In this document: piece by piece, positions 61,005 through 64,000 of the stretch
Layout of the letters: every line of letters starts with the position of its first letter
How positions within the stretch are numbered: the first letter of the stretch is position 1
Source of the DNA: Mobula hypostoma
Taxonomy: Eukaryota
Assembly (NCBI RefSeq): GCF_963921235.1
Contig: NC_086097.1
Span: 144,462,001 to 144,526,000, forward strand
Reading direction: 5' to 3'
DNA: 64,000 nt
Translations under genes and position numbers: made by a program
Notes under the pieces: model-generated
What the model saw: only the letters and a program-made list of their open reading frames with translations
Database searches by the model: none
Told to the model about the DNA's origin: nothing

Positions 61005-64000
61005 GTGTCATAGTCATAGAAAATTAGCACAGTAACAGGACCTATGGTTTACCTAGTCTGTGATTATTCCCATCAACCTGTATACCAGGACCATAGCCCT
61101 CTATACACCTAACATCCATGTACCTATCCAGACTTCTCTAAAACATTGAAATTGAGCTCGCATGCACCACTTGCACTGTAGCTCATTCCAGGTTCTCATG
61201 ACCCCCTGAGCGAAGATGTTTCCTCTCGTGTTCTCTTTAAACATTTTACCTTTCACCCTTAATCACGACCTCTAGTTGCAGTCCTGCCTGACCTCGGTGG
61301 AAAAAGCCTGCTTGCATTTACCCTATCTATACCCCTCATAATTTTGTATACCTCTTATCACATCTCTCTAGTCTTCCAGGTTCCGAGGGATAAGGTACAA
61401 CCTATTCAATCCTTTTAATAACTGAGGTCCCCCGGTCCCAGCAACATGCTGGTAAATTTTCTCTGTACTCTTTTAACCTTAGTTACATCTTTCCTGTAGG
61501 CAGGTGACCAAAAGTGCACACAATGCTCCAAATTAGGCTTCATCAATGTCTTATACAACCTCAACATAAAAATCTCATCTCCTGTACTCAATACTTTAAT
61601 TTATGAAGGCCAATGTACCAAAAGCTTTCCTTACAACCCTATCTACCTGTGCCGCCACTTTCAATGAATTATGGATCTATATTCCTAGATCTCTTTGTTC
61701 TACTGTACTCCTCTGTGCCCTGCTGTTCACTTTGTAAGACCTATCCTGGTTGGTCCTACCAAAATGCAAAACCTTGTACTTGTCTTCATTAAAATCCATC
61801 TGCCATTTTTCAGCCTATATTTCCAGCTGGTCCAGATCCCACTGCAAGCTTTGACTGCTCACTACACCGCCAGTCTTGGGGTCATCTGCAAATATGCTGA
61901 TCCAGTTAACCACATTATCATCCAGATCATTGATATTGATGACAAACAACAATGGGCTCAGCACTGATCCCTGTGGTACTCTGCAAGTCACAGGTCTCCA
62001 GTCGGAGAGGCAACCGTGCACTGCCACTCTCTGGATTCTCCCACAAAGCCAATGTCTAATACAATTTACTACCTCATCCTGAATGCCGAGCGATTGAACT
62101 TTCTTGACCCATCCTCCCTTGTGGGACCTTATCAAATGCCTTGCTGAAGTCAATGTGGACAACATCCACTATTGCCTTGCCTTCATCAACTTTCCTGGTA
62201 ACTTCTTCGAAAGACTATAAGATTGGTTAGACATGATTCACCACCCACAAAGCCATTCTGACTATCTCTAATCAGTCCATATCTATCCAAATACTCATAT
62301 ATCCAGTCCCTTAGAATACTTACCAATAACTTTCCCACCTCTGATGTCAGGCTCACTGGCTATAATTTCCTGGTTTATTTTTAGACCTTTTCTTAAACAT
62401 CAGAACAACATTAGCTATCCTCTAATCCTCCGATACCTCATCTGAAATTAAGGGTGATTTAAATATCTCTGCCAGGGCCTTGGCAATTTCTGCACTTACC
62501 TCCCACATGGTCTGAGGGAACACCCTGTCAGGCCCTGGAGATTAATCCACCCTAATTTGCCTCAAGATAGCAAACACCTCCTCTGCTGTAATCTGTATAG
62601 GGTCCATAACCTTGCTCCTGCTTTGCCTCACTTCTATAGTCTCTGTGTCTGTCTCCCAAGTAAATGCAGAAATAAATAATCAATTTAAGATCTCCCTTAA
62701 TTCAATTGGCTCTATGAATAGATTACCATTTTGATCTCCAGAGGACCAATTTTGTCCCTTACAAACATTTTGCTCTTAACATACTGTAGAATCCCTTTAC
62801 TCTGTACGCTAGAGCAACCTCTTGCCTTCTTTTAGCTCTCTTGTTTTCCTTCTTAAGTGTTCTCTTGCATTTCTTATACTCCATAAGTAACTCATTTGTT
62901 CCTACCTGCATATACCTGCTAAACATCTCCTATTTTGAAAGATCTTGAAAATAAAGGTTCTGTCACAATCCGGTCCATTGACTCCTCATTTTAGTTAATT
63001 TCCTTTTCCCCGTGTTCCACCGGGCTCCTTGATGAGGGCACCTGATCCTCATTCGAACCGGCAGCATAAAAACTCCAGCTTACATCTACTCGCTGCTGGT
63101 TTGTCACCTCAGCAGTGCGGCTATACTCGTTCCAGACCATCAAGAATGAGTTGAGTCGAGAGCCTGTCGTTCGCTCTTCCTGGGTCGGGTCGAGAGCCTG
63201 TCATCCAGCTGAGTTTTGCTGGCTGTTTGCCGCTTCGTGTGCTACTCAGAGTCGAGATACGAATGAACTGTCATTGTTTGTTTTTGTCGTCTTGTGTCCA
63301 GCTGAGCATTGCAGGCCATTTGCCGCTGCTCCGAGCCACGATACAAATTGTCTGTCGTTGTTTGGTTTTGTCATCTTGTGTCTGGTTGAGTATTGCAGGC
63401 CGTTTGCCGCTGCTCCAAGCCACGATACAAATTGTCTGTTGTTGTTTGGTTTTGTCACTCGGTGTCTAAGTTAAATCCAAGTCTAGGCTCGGTGTCCAAG
63501 TCAAGTCCAAGCCCAGGCTCCAAGTCTCAGTCAAGTCCAAGCCCAGGCTCTGAGTCCAAGTCAACGTACAAGTCCGTGTAAGAATCCTAACCTGCTCTCC
63601 GTGCCTGTGTCCTGCACTTGGGTCTGCTCCCAAATTCCCCTTGTAACAGGTTCCATAAACCTATTATCTTTACCTTTTATTCTAACAGGCACATACAAGC
63701 ATTGTACTCTCAAAACTTAACTTTTGAAGGCCTCCCATTTACCAACTATACCTTCGCTAGAAAACAGCCTGTCTCAATGTACACTTGCCAGATCTTCAGA
63801 TACAATCAAAATTGGCTCTTCTCCAATTTAGAATCTCAACCCACATTTACCCTGAAAGTAATGGTATTACGATCATTAGATGCAAAGTGTTCCCCTACAC
63901 AAACTTCTATCACCTGCCCTGTCTCATTCCCTCATACTAGATCGAGTATCACAGACTCTCTCATTGGGACTTCTACCTACTGATTAAGGAAACATCCCTG
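61005..64000 (-). mobile_element. CR1 LINE (degraded), interrupted by a solo LTR and running off the window end
   Basis: RVPQGSVLSPLLF...IFADDPK in ORF 61815-62165; (tagtca)n tail at ~61000-61020; CR1-like sequence resumes after 63648. Confidence 0.88.
62961..63648. mobile_element. Solo LTR (688 bp) with 5-bp TSD GGTTC
   Basis: Starts TGTCACA and ends TGTAACA. GGTTC lies on both sides (62956-62960 and 63649-63653). Internal ~87-bp tandem repeats and (ccaagt)-rich repeats. Confidence 0.85.

Noticed and set aside
63200..63575. CRISPR-like repeat array
   Set aside because: Head-to-tail tandem units without unique spacers, within a eukaryotic LTR.

Overview
Vertebrate, repeat-rich genomic DNA. 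The repeat content (CR1 LINEs, Penelope-like elements, Rex1/Babar-type LINEs, Deu-domain SINEs) points to a cartilaginous fish, probably a ray; this is an inference. The only host coding sequence I can support is the last coding exon of wnt9a (+, 19008-19490), followed by about 7 kb with few recognisable transposons. The main hidden feature is a decayed endogenous foamy-like (spumaretroviral) provirus on the minus strand, about 29844-43960, which the ORF track barely shows. Hand translation recovers, in order: a 5' LTR (U5) remnant, a tRNA-Lys-like PBS, a gag remnant, protease with its own ATG, RT N-terminus, connection domain, RNase H, integrase, the env TM C-terminus, a ~1.6 kb accessory-position region, a PPT and a complete 1173-bp 3' LTR bounded by TGTGATG...CATCACA. 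The provirus has large internal deletions and is split by four later insertions (a Penelope fragment, two CR1s and a Tc1). Other elements are two solo LTRs with target-site duplications, a PIF/Harbinger deletion derivative, an RTE fragment, and many Penelope ends carrying degenerate minimal hammerhead ribozyme motifs. All protein comparisons are by eye against remembered reference motifs; no searches were run.
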